DNA from: Thermoanaerobaculia bacterium | GTDB lineage: Bacteria > Acidobacteriota > Thermoanaerobaculia > Gp7-AA8 | Assembly: GCA_038244715.1 (NCBI GenBank) | Contig: JBBRTE010000016.1 | Span: 13,212 to 77,211, forward strand | Length of the DNA stretch: 64,000 nt | Direction of reading: 5' to 3' | Part shown: one piece after another, positions 37,565-47,332 of the stretch | Numbering within the stretch: the first letter of the stretch is position 1 | Layout of the letters: every line of letters begins with the position of its first letter | Program-made: the position numbers and the translations under genes | Notes under the pieces: generated by a model | Seen by the model: only the letters and a program-made list of their open reading frames with translations | Told to the model about the DNA's origin: nothing | The model's database searches: none

Positions 37565-38907
37565 CGCACTTCCAGCAATTTGCCCTGCCAGGTCTCGTCG
37601 CCGAGGGGATGGCCATTCCGTTGCGAGATCTCGTTGCGGTGCATCGCGTTCACGATGAAAAAATTGCGGAGGACGAACGCGTCATGGAAATGGCGGGTGC
37701 TGCGCCGGGCGATGTTGGCCCAACCATAAAAACGACGGCGGGCGGAGACACAGCCGGCGGTCACATCCTCCGGCGTCATCCCCTTCGGGGCGAACGGCAC
37801 CGCGTTGTACCGATACTCCGGATCCAGCCACCATGCCTCGAAGCGCAGTCTCCCCTCGGCCTGCAGCCGTTTGTACAACGGCGTGCCCGGGAACGGAGTC
37901 AGGTGGTTGAACGCCGCGATGTACATCCCCTCCTCCGTTGCGAAGTCCACGGCCTGGTCGAACGACTGCAGCGTGTCGTGCTCGTAGCCGAAGATGAAGG
38001 TGCCGTAGACGAAGATGTGATTGCGGCGGAGATTGGCAAGAGCCTTTGTGAAGCCGCCCTTCATCGCGTTGAAGCGCTTGTTCATCAGCTTCAGGTTCTC
38101 CTCGTCGAGGCTCTCGAAGCCGATCAGAACGCCGCGGCAACCGGCTCGATACAACTCGGCGAGAAAGCCCTCGTCGTGGGCCGCGTCGATACTCATCTGC
38201 GTGATCCAGCGAATATTCAGCTTGCGCAGCTCTTCCAGAAGCGGCCGTCCCGATTGCAGTTCGCCGGCAAAGTTGTCGTCGACAAAGAAAAAGAGTTTCT
38301 TCTCGTCCTTGATCGATGTCAGCTCGCGGATGACGTCGTCGACCTCACGCCGCCGGTAGGTGCGCGAATAGAACGTCTGGATCGCGCAGAACTCGCATGG
38401 GAATCGGCACCCGCGACCCGTCTCGATGAGTCCGATGGGCAGGTAGCGCTTGTCGCGGAAGAGACGCCGGTCGACGCGAATCGTCGTCAGAGAGGGCTGA
38501 CCTCCCTGATAGCGGCGCTGCAGCGTTCCATGCTTCAAGTCGTCGATCACCCGCGCCCACACCCCCTCGGCCTCGCCGATGACGATTGCGTCTGCGAAGC
38601 GCGCGACTTCATCCGGCATCAGCGTGGCGTGGAAGCCGCCCATGATCACGGTGACGCCGCGCCGTCGGTACTCGCTGGCGATCTGGTAGGCGCGGGCCGC
38701 GGTGTAGGTCTCGATGGGGATGGCCACGGCATCCGTCGGCGCATCGAACCTGATCGGCTCCATCCGGTCGTCGTAGAACGCGACGTCGACATCCGCCGGC
38801 GTGAGACCGGCCAGGACGGCCACCGGCAACGATTCCATCTGCCAGGAGCGGACGTACTTCTCGCCTGCGCGGTGACCGACTGCCGGGTGGACGAACGTCA
38901 GCCGCAT
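37561..38907 (-). CDS. B12-binding domain radical SAM protein, paralog 3
   Basis: VIMGGFHATLMPDE, CRFPCEFC, FNHLTPFPGTPLY. Start at internal MRLTFVHPAVG. Confidence 0.85.
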   Translation of the reverse strand: MRLTFVHPAVGHRAGEKYVRSWQMESLPVAVLAGLTPADVDVAFYDDRMEPIRFDAPTDAVAIPIETYTAARAYQIASEYRRRGVTVIMGGFHATLMPDEVARFADAIVIGEAEGVWARVIDDLKHGTLQRRYQGGQPSLTTIRVDRRLFRDKRYLPIGLIETGRGCRFPCEFCAIQTFYSRTYRRREVDDVIRELTSIKDEKKLFFFVDDNFAGELQSGRPLLEELRKLNIRWITQMSIDAAHDEGFLAELYRAGCRGVLIGFESLDEENLKLMNKRFNAMKGGFTKALANLRRNHIFVYGTFIFGYEHDTLQSFDQAVDFATEEGMYIAAFNHLTPFPGTPLYKRLQAEGRLRFEAWWLDPEYRYNAVPFAPKGMTPEDVTAGCVSARRRFYGWANIARRSTRHFHDAFVLRNFFIVNAMHRNEISQRNGHPLGDETWQGKLLEVR

Positions 38908-40253
38908 ACGGTCTTGCTCATCACGGAGAGGTGCCAGTCGCAGTTGTAGAAGCGCTGCAGATGATGCGCGTAGAAGCGATAGCCGAGGTTCGCGGCGATC
39001 CCGAGAGGATCGAAGGCGCGAGCGCGCCACAGTCTCGAGGCGATGGACCGGTATCGATAGACCTTCTTCCACGCCACCTCGTGACCCGCCGAGAGTTGCT
39101 GCACGGTCATGTTGCGCGGCTGAAAGACAACATGTTGACCATCGTAGAGCTCCCAGTTGCGTGTGAGGATGCGGCCTTCACTCGCCAGCCGTTGGTGCAG
39201 CGGCGTTCCGGGAAAGGGCGTGAGGATCGCGAACCGCGGGAGGTCGATGGCGTTGTCGATCGCGAACGCCGCCGTGCTCTCGAAGACATCGAGGTGGTCG
39301 TGATCGAGGCCGAAGACGAAGCAGCCCTGGATGGCGATGCCGAGGTCGTGGAGATGGCGGATGAGCGAGGGATAGTCGACCGAACCGTTGAAGCGCTTAT
39401 TCGCATCACCGAGACTGCCGGGCGTAATGCTCTCGAGGCCGAGGAGGAGTCCGCGGCAACCGGAGCGGGCCATGAGCTCCATCAGATCGGGATCATGAGC
39501 GATGAGCACGGTCGACAGTCCGAACCAGCGCACCTTCAGCGGGATCATCGCGGTGAAAAGCTCGCGCGCGTAGGCCTTGTCCGCGACGAGATTCAGATCG
39601 ATGAAGAGGATGCGCTTCTGTCCGACGCGACGGATGTCTTCGACGACCCACGACACCGGCTTCTGAAACTGGCGACTTCCCCACGCGGTCGGCGCGATGC
39701 AGAACTCGCAGTCGTGACCGCAGGAGCGCGTGGCCTCAAAGACTGCCTGCGTCAGGAAACGCCTTCCGTCGAAGAGGTCGCGGCGCGCAAACGGCATGTC
39801 GCGCTCGAGCGAGAAATCGAGGGCCTGGCGGTACTCGGACTGGAGCTTTCTGTCGCGGAAGTCCAGCAGCAGTTTCGGCCAGGTATCTTCCGCGTATCCG
39901 ACCACGATCGCGTCGGCGTGACCGGCGGCTTCGTCGGGAACGAGCGTGACATGCGGTCCGCCCAGAACGACGGTCTTGCCCTCGGCGCGGAAACGTGCGG
40001 CCAGCGCGTACGCGCGTGGAGCCGTGCCGGTGATGACGGTCATCCCAACGAGATCGGCGTCGAGTTCGTCCGGAACGTCCTCGATGCCTTCGTCATAGAG
40101 CTTGATCGTCGCACCAAGGTCTGCCGGCACGAGTGCCGCGAGCGTGGTCAGCGTCAGCGGCTGATACCGAAGGGATTTGCGGAAGATTCCGTTGCGATGA
40201 CGGTAGAGGGGACCCTTGGGCGAGATCAGTGCGAGTTTCAAAGAGACCTCCAC
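38898..40253 (-). CDS. B12-binding domain radical SAM protein, paralog 4
   Basis: VVLGGPHVTLVPDE, CGHDCEFC, FAILTPFPGTPLH. Confidence 0.85.
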   Translation of the reverse strand: MEVSLKLALISPKGPLYRHRNGIFRKSLRYQPLTLTTLAALVPADLGATIKLYDEGIEDVPDELDADLVGMTVITGTAPRAYALAARFRAEGKTVVLGGPHVTLVPDEAAGHADAIVVGYAEDTWPKLLLDFRDRKLQSEYRQALDFSLERDMPFARRDLFDGRRFLTQAVFEATRSCGHDCEFCIAPTAWGSRQFQKPVSWVVEDIRRVGQKRILFIDLNLVADKAYARELFTAMIPLKVRWFGLSTVLIAHDPDLMELMARSGCRGLLLGLESITPGSLGDANKRFNGSVDYPSLIRHLHDLGIAIQGCFVFGLDHDHLDVFESTAAFAIDNAIDLPRFAILTPFPGTPLHQRLASEGRILTRNWELYDGQHVVFQPRNMTVQQLSAGHEVAWKKVYRYRSIASRLWRARAFDPLGIAANLGYRFYAHHLQRFYNCDWHLSVMSKTVCG

Positions 40254-41557
40254 GCGTGCAGAAGCACCGGTGGTTTGATGTCTCCGAGGCGCGCCCCACG
40301 CGCGAGCTCGGCGTCCAAAAAGCGTTCGTGCAAATCGTGCCGGGGGACCAGCCGACGCGGCCGGAGCTGACCAAGACCACGGGCGTACGCGTACTGAGGA
40401 TTGGCGCAGAGCCGCCTGTCGACGACGTCAACATCGACGTCCGAGTCCGACATCAACACGTATCCGCCCTCGTCCCGATCGGGGGAAAGGATGCGGAACC
40501 CGGGGACATCCTCGAGGCAGGCAGAGACAAACGTCTCCGTCAGTTTCTCTCCGACGAGGTCGGAGACCACACCGCTGCGGCCGATGAACTCGAGACCGTC
40601 CTCACAGCGCACGAGGTCCCCGGTGCGGTACCGGTACAAGCCACTAGCCGTGGTGACGATGACTTCGTAGGTTTCACCGCGAACCAACTCGTCCGAGAGG
40701 TAGAGCCGGCCATCGCGTTCGAACTCGAAGAACCCGTGCGACGTGAGTTGGGCTCGTCCCTTCGCATCGGGAACGGTCACCACGCACTCGGTCGAGATCA
40801 GTCCTTTCGGTTCCAGGTGCGCGTGAGGCAGGCGCTTCGCGAGCACGTCGAAAAAGGGGCGGGACGCACCACCGGCCCAGCAACTCACGACCTTGAGCCG
40901 CGGCCAGAGCCGGATCGGATCCGAGAGCCCGGGCTCGTCGAGCAAACGCAGGAGAAAGGTGGGACTCCAGACCGAGATCAGCTCGAGGTCGTCCGCTTCG
41001 GCGAGATGGCGAACGGTCGCGGACCGCCACTGGGCAACATCGGTGATCGCGGCCACGCTCAGGGGAACTGCGCTTCGTTGCATCACGACGGCTGCGGCCT
41101 CGGCGCTGAGGTACGCGCCATCGGGAAGGCCGAGCGGAATGCCGGCGACCGACTCGTGCGGGCGGGTGGCGGGGCTGATGGATAAATAGGCGCGGCCGGT
41201 GATCGCGTGGCGCCTCACGGTCTCGACAAGCCAGGGCAAAACGGCGCGCTGGAAATCGCGGAGGCCTTCCGCCGAGTACGGAATCAGTTTGGACGCCCTG
41301 GTGCTTCCGCTGGTCCGTTCCCAGGCGACGGGTCTCCCCGCGAAGAGGACGTCCGCTTCGCCGTCGATGATGCGATCGATCCACGGTTGCAGATCGTCGT
41401 ACGAGACCGGGGGAACGTTGACGCGGAAGTCGTGAAGGTTTCGCGGCGAACCCAACTGCCTCAGGTACTCACTATTTGCATTCGCCTCCAGCAGTGCCGG
41501 GAGCCAGTGCTCGGCCGAACGCGACGCGATCAGGCGGGCCCATGAGTCATCCGCCAT
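40238..41557 (-). CDS. GH3 family adenylate-forming amide synthetase-like protein
   Basis: SGSTRASKLIPYS (ATP/AMP motif SGTT-like), YRYRTGDLV, and overall GH3 auxin-responsive-promoter family layout. Confidence 0.7.
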   Translation of the reverse strand: MADDSWARLIASRSAEHWLPALLEANANSEYLRQLGSPRNLHDFRVNVPPVSYDDLQPWIDRIIDGEADVLFAGRPVAWERTSGSTRASKLIPYSAEGLRDFQRAVLPWLVETVRRHAITGRAYLSISPATRPHESVAGIPLGLPDGAYLSAEAAAVVMQRSAVPLSVAAITDVAQWRSATVRHLAEADDLELISVWSPTFLLRLLDEPGLSDPIRLWPRLKVVSCWAGGASRPFFDVLAKRLPHAHLEPKGLISTECVVTVPDAKGRAQLTSHGFFEFERDGRLYLSDELVRGETYEVIVTTASGLYRYRTGDLVRCEDGLEFIGRSGVVSDLVGEKLTETFVSACLEDVPGFRILSPDRDEGGYVLMSDSDVDVDVVDRRLCANPQYAYARGLGQLRPRRLVPRHDLHERFLDAELARGARLGDIKPPVLLHAWRSL

Positions 41558-42266
41558 TGGCGTGTTTCCCGAACAGCTTTAACGTCAGGCTCTTCATGTT
41601 GTGCGGTTCGAGCTCGCAAAGGCAGACCAGTTCGTGGCCGCGCCGAAAGCCGGGATTGCGGGAGAGGAAGAATCGTACGTCGTCCCTGTCGAGGTCCGCC
41701 GGCCTCGGCGACGCGATCTCGCTCTTGAGATGACCGCGGGAGCGGCGAAACTCGACCACGCCGGTGGCCGGGTTGTAGTCGTGGGGAAACATCTCCTTCG
41801 CCAGCACATCAGCGAGCGGCTTCAAATCGCTGCGGTCGACATTCCAGTGCGGATAGAACGATTTTCCGAACAACGGCAGATAGCGAAACGTCCGGTGCCC
41901 TTTGACCAGCAGAAGCCAGTAGATGAGAAGGTCTGGCCGCTCGCGCTTGAGCTCACCCATGCGCGTGATCCAGTCGAAGGCGAGCGCCTGCTGTCCCCAG
42001 TGTGCGCGGTCGACGATGGTATCGCCGGAGTAGACGATGCGGATCGTGCGCGACTGCCACTCGCGCTCGAAGAATCGCATCGTCGTGAAGCCGACCAGCC
42101 GGTCCGCCTCATGAACGAGGAGAACCTCATCCTTCTTCGCCAGATCAGAGAGGAATAACTCTTCGTCAGTCCCGTCGTAGTTGGCGAGGTAGAGGCCAGC
42201 CATCTCGCGTTTCAGCGCTTCGGTCAACGCTGATGCCGCGGCGAACGACGTCGTGTATGCAGTCAT
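41547..42266 (-). CDS. GNAT-fold N-acyl amino acid synthase / autoinducer-synthase-like protein (FeeM-like)
   Basis: 239 aa; ...LLVHEADRLVGFTTMRFFEREW...RIVYSGDTIVDRAHWGQ... resembles the LuxI-like/FeeM GNAT branch. First gene of the overlapping operon. Confidence 0.45.
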   Translation of the reverse strand: MTAYTTSFAAASALTEALKREMAGLYLANYDGTDEELFLSDLAKKDEVLLVHEADRLVGFTTMRFFEREWQSRTIRIVYSGDTIVDRAHWGQQALAFDWITRMGELKRERPDLLIYWLLLVKGHRTFRYLPLFGKSFYPHWNVDRSDLKPLADVLAKEMFPHDYNPATGVVEFRRSRGHLKSEIASPRPADLDRDDVRFFLSRNPGFRRGHELVCLCELEPHNMKSLTLKLFGKHANGG

Positions 42267-42336
42267 ACCTTCCGCTGGTGGCGAAGACTAAAAATACCAC
42301 GGCGTCGCGGTGTGGCGGAGGTCCTTCCGCAAAGCC

Positions 42337-43092
42337 TCAGCGGGGCGGTAGCTGGATGACGTTGAACGACGCTCCCTGCGGATCGGCCAGCACCGAGAAG
42401 CGTCCGGCGCCCGCGATGTCTCTCGGCTCCATATACACCTTGCCGCCGAGCGTGGCCGCTTTCTTCGCCGACGCGTCGCAATCACTGACGGCGAAGTACG
42501 GCCACCAGAGCGGCGGCATGCCCCCCATCTCCGGCCTGATCTGCATCATCCCGCCGATGGGCTGCGATCCGACGTAGATCTCGGTGTACTCGGGGCTTGG
42601 TTTCAGCGTCCAGCCGAAGAGCTTCGTGTAGAAATCCCGTGCTGCCTCGATGTCTTTTGTCAGCAGCTCATTCCAGCAGATCGTCCCCGTCTCGTCACGG
42701 ACGGTGGCACCGACGTGTGTCTTGGCCTGCCACAGACAGAAGACCGCGCCCTGCGGATCGGCGATCACCGCCATCCGTCCGAAGTCCATCACGTCGAACG
42801 GCGGCACGATCACGTGCGCACCGAGGTCCGTCGCTTTCTTCGCAGTCGCATCCGCGTCATCGACGTTCACGTACGTCGCCCAGTTCGGCGGTGCATCGGT
42901 GTTCGCGTAGATCGCCGCGGCATCCTTCCCGCTCTTCTGGAGCATCGTGTAGACGCTTCCGTCCGGCATCGGATTGTCCTTCACCGACAGCCCCATCAGC
43001 GATGAGTAGAACGTTTTCGCGGCGGCAGCATCGCTCGTTCCGAGCTCATTCCAGCAGAACATCCCCGGTTCGTATTTCTCGACTACAGGCAT
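42337..43092 (-). CDS. VOC (glyoxalase/bleomycin-resistance/dioxygenase) family protein, two tandem domains
   Basis: Duplicated ...CWNEL....AK.FY..LFGW.....P......Y.... pattern. Confidence 0.75.
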   Translation of the reverse strand: MPVVEKYEPGMFCWNELGTSDAAAAKTFYSSLMGLSVKDNPMPDGSVYTMLQKSGKDAAAIYANTDAPPNWATYVNVDDADATAKKATDLGAHVIVPPFDVMDFGRMAVIADPQGAVFCLWQAKTHVGATVRDETGTICWNELLTKDIEAARDFYTKLFGWTLKPSPEYTEIYVGSQPIGGMMQIRPEMGGMPPLWWPYFAVSDCDASAKKAATLGGKVYMEPRDIAGAGRFSVLADPQGASFNVIQLPPR

Positions 43093-43174
43093 GAGTTCTC
43101 CTCCAAAGCTTCGGATTCTACGCCTCTTGACTTAATTAGCCATTTTGCTAATTATACGGGTCGAGGAGAATCCC

Positions 43175-43501
43175 ATGGCTACTGGAAAACCAGTCAAGAC
43201 CCACGTGACGTATCGTCCGAAACCGGGCAGTGAAGCCGCCCTTTTTGCCCTCGTCCGCAAGCACTGGCCCGCCATCTCGGGAACGGGCCTCGTCACCAGC
43301 GAGCGCGCCGTCGTCTACCGGGCCATCAACAAGCGCAGCGGCCATGAGTACTTCATCGAGATCTTCAGCTGGCGCGACGAGGAAGCCTCGACGATCGCGC
43401 ACCAGACTCCCGAGGTGATGGCGGTCTGGGAGCCGATGGGTCCGCTCATCGAGTCGATGGAGATCGCTGCAATCGAGGGGGTCAGTGCCCAGGAAACTTA
43501 G
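43175..43501 (+). CDS. hypothetical small protein (ABM/Dabb-like fold?)
   Basis: GAGGAG RBS before ATG 43175. 108 aa, no strong motif. Confidence 0.4.
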   Translation: MATGKPVKTHVTYRPKPGSEAALFALVRKHWPAISGTGLVTSERAVVYRAINKRSGHEYFIEIFSWRDEEASTIAHQTPEVMAVWEPMGPLIESMEIAAIEGVSAQET

Positions 43502-43793
43502 TTCCGAAGCGCGCCTGGCGGCGCTGGAGGAGGTGTTCCGGGCACTGGCGCACCTCGCCCGCCGCCAGATTCTTCTGACGATGCACTTCCGCGGCGACCA
43601 GATGACGGCGGGTGAGATCGCGGGGCGCTTCGCTCACTCGTGGCCGACCACCACGCGCCATATCCGCGTCCTGGAACTGGCAGGCCTGATCACGCAGACG
43701 AGGAGCGGCCGGGAACGGATCTACCGTCTCGACCGCGACCGTCTGGCGATGGTCAATGAGTGGCTGGGGTGGTTTGAGAAGGCGCCGGAGTAG
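43485..43793 (+). CDS. ArsR/SmtB family transcriptional regulator
   Basis: Winged-helix HTH region QMTAGEIAGRFAHSWPTTTRHIRVLELAGLI. Confidence 0.8.
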   Translation: MPRKLSSEARLAALEEVFRALAHLARRQILLTMHFRGDQMTAGEIAGRFAHSWPTTTRHIRVLELAGLITQTRSGRERIYRLDRDRLAMVNEWLGWFEKAPE

Positions 43794-45528
43794 CGGCCAG
43801 CTTCAGGCCGGTCGCCTGTTCGATCTCGGTCGGATCGTCGAGCAGAATCCAGGTCAGGATCGCCACCGGTAGCGACCCGTTGGCGATGAGATCGTCATGG
43901 AACTGGCCGAGCCGGAACGAGGATCCCTTCGCATCGCGGTAGCGGCCGAGAAGCCGCATGATCTGCCACTTGCCGGTGATGTAGCTGATTTTCTGCGTCG
44001 GTGAGGACGCAGCTCCGGCCGCCTCCCCTTCCGCCGCTTCCTTGTCGAGGCCACCGCCGTCCATGAAGTATTCGACCGCGCGCTCGAACGGCCAGCGACC
44101 CGTGTGCAAGTTGACGTCGACGCCGATCCGCGCGGCGCGGTATCGCGAGAGGCGCAATACCTGCGCGGCGCCAGCCGACTCCGGCGGATACATCCCCTCG
44201 CGCACCAGCATCTCCTCCGTGTACAACGCCCATCCCTCGACGAACACGTTCTCGCCGTGATGCCGGCGGATCTCGTTCTTCAGGTGATTGGCGATCGACA
44301 GCTGGAGGAAATGTCCCGGAATCCCTTCGTGGCCGAGAATGGGACGGGGGTCTTCGATCGCGGCGCGGATGTAGAAGTTGTGACTCTGCGGGTTGTACGT
44401 CGGGATGAAGTAGAAGCCGCCGTCGTCCGCGTCGTAGATGCCGGGCGGATTCATGAATCCCCCCGGACTGGTCGGCTTGAATGCCTCGGGAAGCTGGCGG
44501 ATCTGAAACGAGCCGAGGTACGGCGGGAGCGTGACGAGATTCCTGGCCTTGAGAAAGTCGATCATCTCCTGCTCACGGCCTTCGTACGCGGCGAGGAACG
44601 CCTGCTGATCGGCAGGGATGTTCTTGACGCGCGCCGGATTGGGATCCGCGAGCGAGGGATCGATGAGCATCGCCTCGAGCGCGCGATAGCGGCCCAGCTC
44701 GACCTCGCCGAGGTGAGCGACGTCGCGCGAATCCATAGGCAGGAGGAGGATGTGCCGAAGCATGTAGTTGTAGTTCGCTTCGCCCATCGGTTTCCATGGG
44801 GTCATCTGCGGGAGGCGTTTCTCGAGCCAGTCCGCGAACCCGTGGATGGAGGCGACCGCTTCCTCCCGCGCTGCGTCGAGGGATGTTCGCTCCTCGGCCG
44901 AGAGATCGCCGGCGATCGTCATGAGGCTCGAGGAAAAGAGCGGATCGATGGAGCGCGCCGAGTCGATGGCCAGCTGGGCGTAGAGGCGGACCGGATTCTT
45001 CAGATTGCGCTGACCCTGTTCCATCATGGCCGGCATCGCCTTGAGGCGCGCCGTCGCGGCGAGCGCGCGCGTACGCGCCGGTGCGTAGTCTTTCTTCAGG
45101 AGCGAAAAGATCGCGTTGCTGGCCTCCCCAACATAGACCTGCGGATCGGTTTCCTCCGGCTTCTGAACGCGTTCCGGGAAGTCGTCGCGCTCGAGCTGCG
45201 AGCGGAAGAGGAGCCAGTCGATGATGTCGTCCTTCGCCCATCCGCTGACGTTCGCGGCACGCATGCGATCGAGCAGGCTGCGGACGTGAGCGGCATTCCG
45301 CGCGATGGCCGCAGGCGAGAAATCGTCGAGCTTGTCATCGGCCGCGTGAAAACCCTGATCGCTGGCGGTAACTGGATAGACCTGTTTCTGCCATTCGTAG
45401 TAATCGTGCGCGATCGTACGCACCTCGGCAGGAGTCAACGGTGCCTCCTTCGCAACGGGCTTTTTCGGAGCGCCGAATCCAGAGACGGCGACGAGCAGGA
45501 TGAAGGCGACGGCAGCGGTGCGTTTCAT
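43753..45528 (-). CDS. DUF885 family exported protein (putative metallopeptidase-like, HExxxH)
   Basis: Signal peptide MKRTAAVAFILLVAVSGFGA; ILGHEGIPGHFLQ motif; ~590 aa, typical for DUF885. Confidence 0.7.
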   Translation of the reverse strand: MKRTAAVAFILLVAVSGFGAPKKPVAKEAPLTPAEVRTIAHDYYEWQKQVYPVTASDQGFHAADDKLDDFSPAAIARNAAHVRSLLDRMRAANVSGWAKDDIIDWLLFRSQLERDDFPERVQKPEETDPQVYVGEASNAIFSLLKKDYAPARTRALAATARLKAMPAMMEQGQRNLKNPVRLYAQLAIDSARSIDPLFSSSLMTIAGDLSAEERTSLDAAREEAVASIHGFADWLEKRLPQMTPWKPMGEANYNYMLRHILLLPMDSRDVAHLGEVELGRYRALEAMLIDPSLADPNPARVKNIPADQQAFLAAYEGREQEMIDFLKARNLVTLPPYLGSFQIRQLPEAFKPTSPGGFMNPPGIYDADDGGFYFIPTYNPQSHNFYIRAAIEDPRPILGHEGIPGHFLQLSIANHLKNEIRRHHGENVFVEGWALYTEEMLVREGMYPPESAGAAQVLRLSRYRAARIGVDVNLHTGRWPFERAVEYFMDGGGLDKEAAEGEAAGAASSPTQKISYITGKWQIMRLLGRYRDAKGSSFRLGQFHDDLIANGSLPVAILTWILLDDPTEIEQATGLKLAATPAPSQTTPATH

Positions 45529-45665
45529 GCGCGGGAGTGTAACGCGGCTCGTGCACCCGCTTTGCAGCGGATCACCGGCATGACCGACAAGGAAGAGCCG
45601 CAGAGCTACGGAAGCCAGGACGAGGGCGTGGCCGGCAAGACCGCCTGACGGGAAGAAGTAGCCGA

Positions 45666-46061
45666 TCAGCGCTCTCCGGCGGTCCACTTCTCGGACACCG
45701 CGCGGCCTTTGGCGAGATCATCGACGACCAGGATCAGCTGATGATCGTGATCGGAGTAGAGCACCTCGATATTGACGCCGGCGTCCGCCATCTTCCGCGC
45801 GAGCTTCCCCAGCTGTCCGGGCTCGTCCTGGTTGAGCCGTTGCACGACGACGTCATTCACCGACGCGACCTCGATGCCTGCCGCGGTGAGCGCCGCCCGT
45901 GCCGCCTCCCCGTCGTGCACGAGGAAGTGCGCGATCCCGCGGCCTTCGACCACCCACGCGCCGCCGCCCTCGACGCTGACGCCAGCCCGGCCGAGCACCT
46001 CGCCCATCCCGGCGAGTGCGCCGGGGCGATCTGCGAGCGTGATCGCCAGATCCTTCATCAT
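45666..46061 (-). CDS. ACT domain protein
   Basis: Two short ACT-like beta-alpha-beta-beta-alpha-beta units (MMKDLAITLADRPGALAGMGEVL..., RLNQDEPGQLGKLARKMADAGVNIEVLY). Confidence 0.55.
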   Translation of the reverse strand: MMKDLAITLADRPGALAGMGEVLGRAGVSVEGGGAWVVEGRGIAHFLVHDGEAARAALTAAGIEVASVNDVVVQRLNQDEPGQLGKLARKMADAGVNIEVLYSDHDHQLILVVDDLAKGRAVSEKWTAGER

Positions 46062-47278
46062 TCGTAGCGCAGTGCTTCGATCGGATCGAGTTTCGAGGCC
46101 TTCGCCGCCGGATAGATTCCGAAGATGATGCCGAGCACCGCGCAGAACGTGAAGGCAAGCACGATGGCCCACAGCGGCGTGTGAACCGGAGGAAGCTCGA
46201 TCCAACGTTTCAGCACCAGCCTCACCAGCGCCGCAGCTCCGTAGCCTCCGGCGATACCGATGCATCCCCCCAGACCGGACAGCGTGACCGCCTCGATAAG
46301 GAACTGGATCATGACGTCGTAGCGCCGCGCACCGATGGCTTTGCGGATCCCGATCTCGCGCGTCCGCTCCGTTACCGAGACCAGCATGATGTTCATGATG
46401 CCGATCCCGCCGACGAGGAGCGCAATCCCGACGACGGCCCCCATGATGCCGGTGGTGGTGTTGAGGATCGTGGAGATCGTCTTCATCAGTTCTTCCTGCG
46501 ACGTGATCTGGAAGTCGTCCGGCTGCCCTTTCTTCAGATGATGCCGGGTGCGCAGGATCTCGCGGACCTGCTCCTTCGCGAGGTCGATGTCATCACGCGT
46601 GCGAACCTGCAATGCGATCGGAATGTGCTGCATTCGATCGGGCCCGTAGAGCATCTGCGCCGTCGCGAATGGGATGTAGACCACGTCGTCGGGATCGCCG
46701 CCGACCGAAGAACCGCGCTTCTCCATGACGCCGACGACGGTGAAGTTGTTGTCGTCGAGCCGGATGTCCTTGCCGACCGCGTCGATCAGTCCCAGCTGGC
46801 GTGCGGCCTCGCTGCCGAGAACCGCGACGCGCTTCTTGGCCTCCTCGTCGAGGGTGCCGAAGAAGCGCCCGTGGTCGACGAACTGCTTGGCGACATCGGG
46901 ATAGCTCTGGTTGACCCCATAGAGCGTGGCATCGTGGCGCGTGTCTCCGTTTTTCAGCGAGACGTTCGAGATGAAGAGAGGCGTGAAATCGCGGATCGCC
47001 GTCGCCCGCTGCCGCACGGCCACCGCGTCGTCATACGTCAGCGACGGCACCGGGAGGAACGGGTTTCCACGGGCCGCCGAGAAATCGGGAACGACCCGGA
47101 CGAACGTCGCTCCCACATTCTCGAGCTGACTGGAGATCTGGTACTGCATCCCCTGCACGAGGGAGACGACGGCGATGACCGCGGCCACTCCGATCATCAC
47201 GCCGAGCGTGGTGAGGATCGAGCGCATCTTGTTGGCGCCGATGGCACGGAGAGCGATCTTTACGTTTTCGAAAAACAT
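46058..47278 (-). CDS. ABC transporter permease, MacB/FtsX family
   Basis: N-terminal TM, large periplasmic domain, C-terminal FtsX 3-TM region ending KLDPIEALRYE. Confidence 0.85.
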   Translation of the reverse strand: MFFENVKIALRAIGANKMRSILTTLGVMIGVAAVIAVVSLVQGMQYQISSQLENVGATFVRVVPDFSAARGNPFLPVPSLTYDDAVAVRQRATAIRDFTPLFISNVSLKNGDTRHDATLYGVNQSYPDVAKQFVDHGRFFGTLDEEAKKRVAVLGSEAARQLGLIDAVGKDIRLDDNNFTVVGVMEKRGSSVGGDPDDVVYIPFATAQMLYGPDRMQHIPIALQVRTRDDIDLAKEQVREILRTRHHLKKGQPDDFQITSQEELMKTISTILNTTTGIMGAVVGIALLVGGIGIMNIMLVSVTERTREIGIRKAIGARRYDVMIQFLIEAVTLSGLGGCIGIAGGYGAAALVRLVLKRWIELPPVHTPLWAIVLAFTFCAVLGIIFGIYPAAKASKLDPIEALRYE

Positions 47279-47332
47279 CGGCGTCGAGTCTACGTGATAC
47301 GGCGGCGGGCAGGAACGGTTTCGGACTCGCCC

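Noticed and set aside
33802-40370. Long plus-strand ORFs 33802..35064, 37495..38949 and 38931..40370
   Set aside because: All antisense to the B12-radical-SAM paralogs. Homopolymeric R/D/E/V composition.
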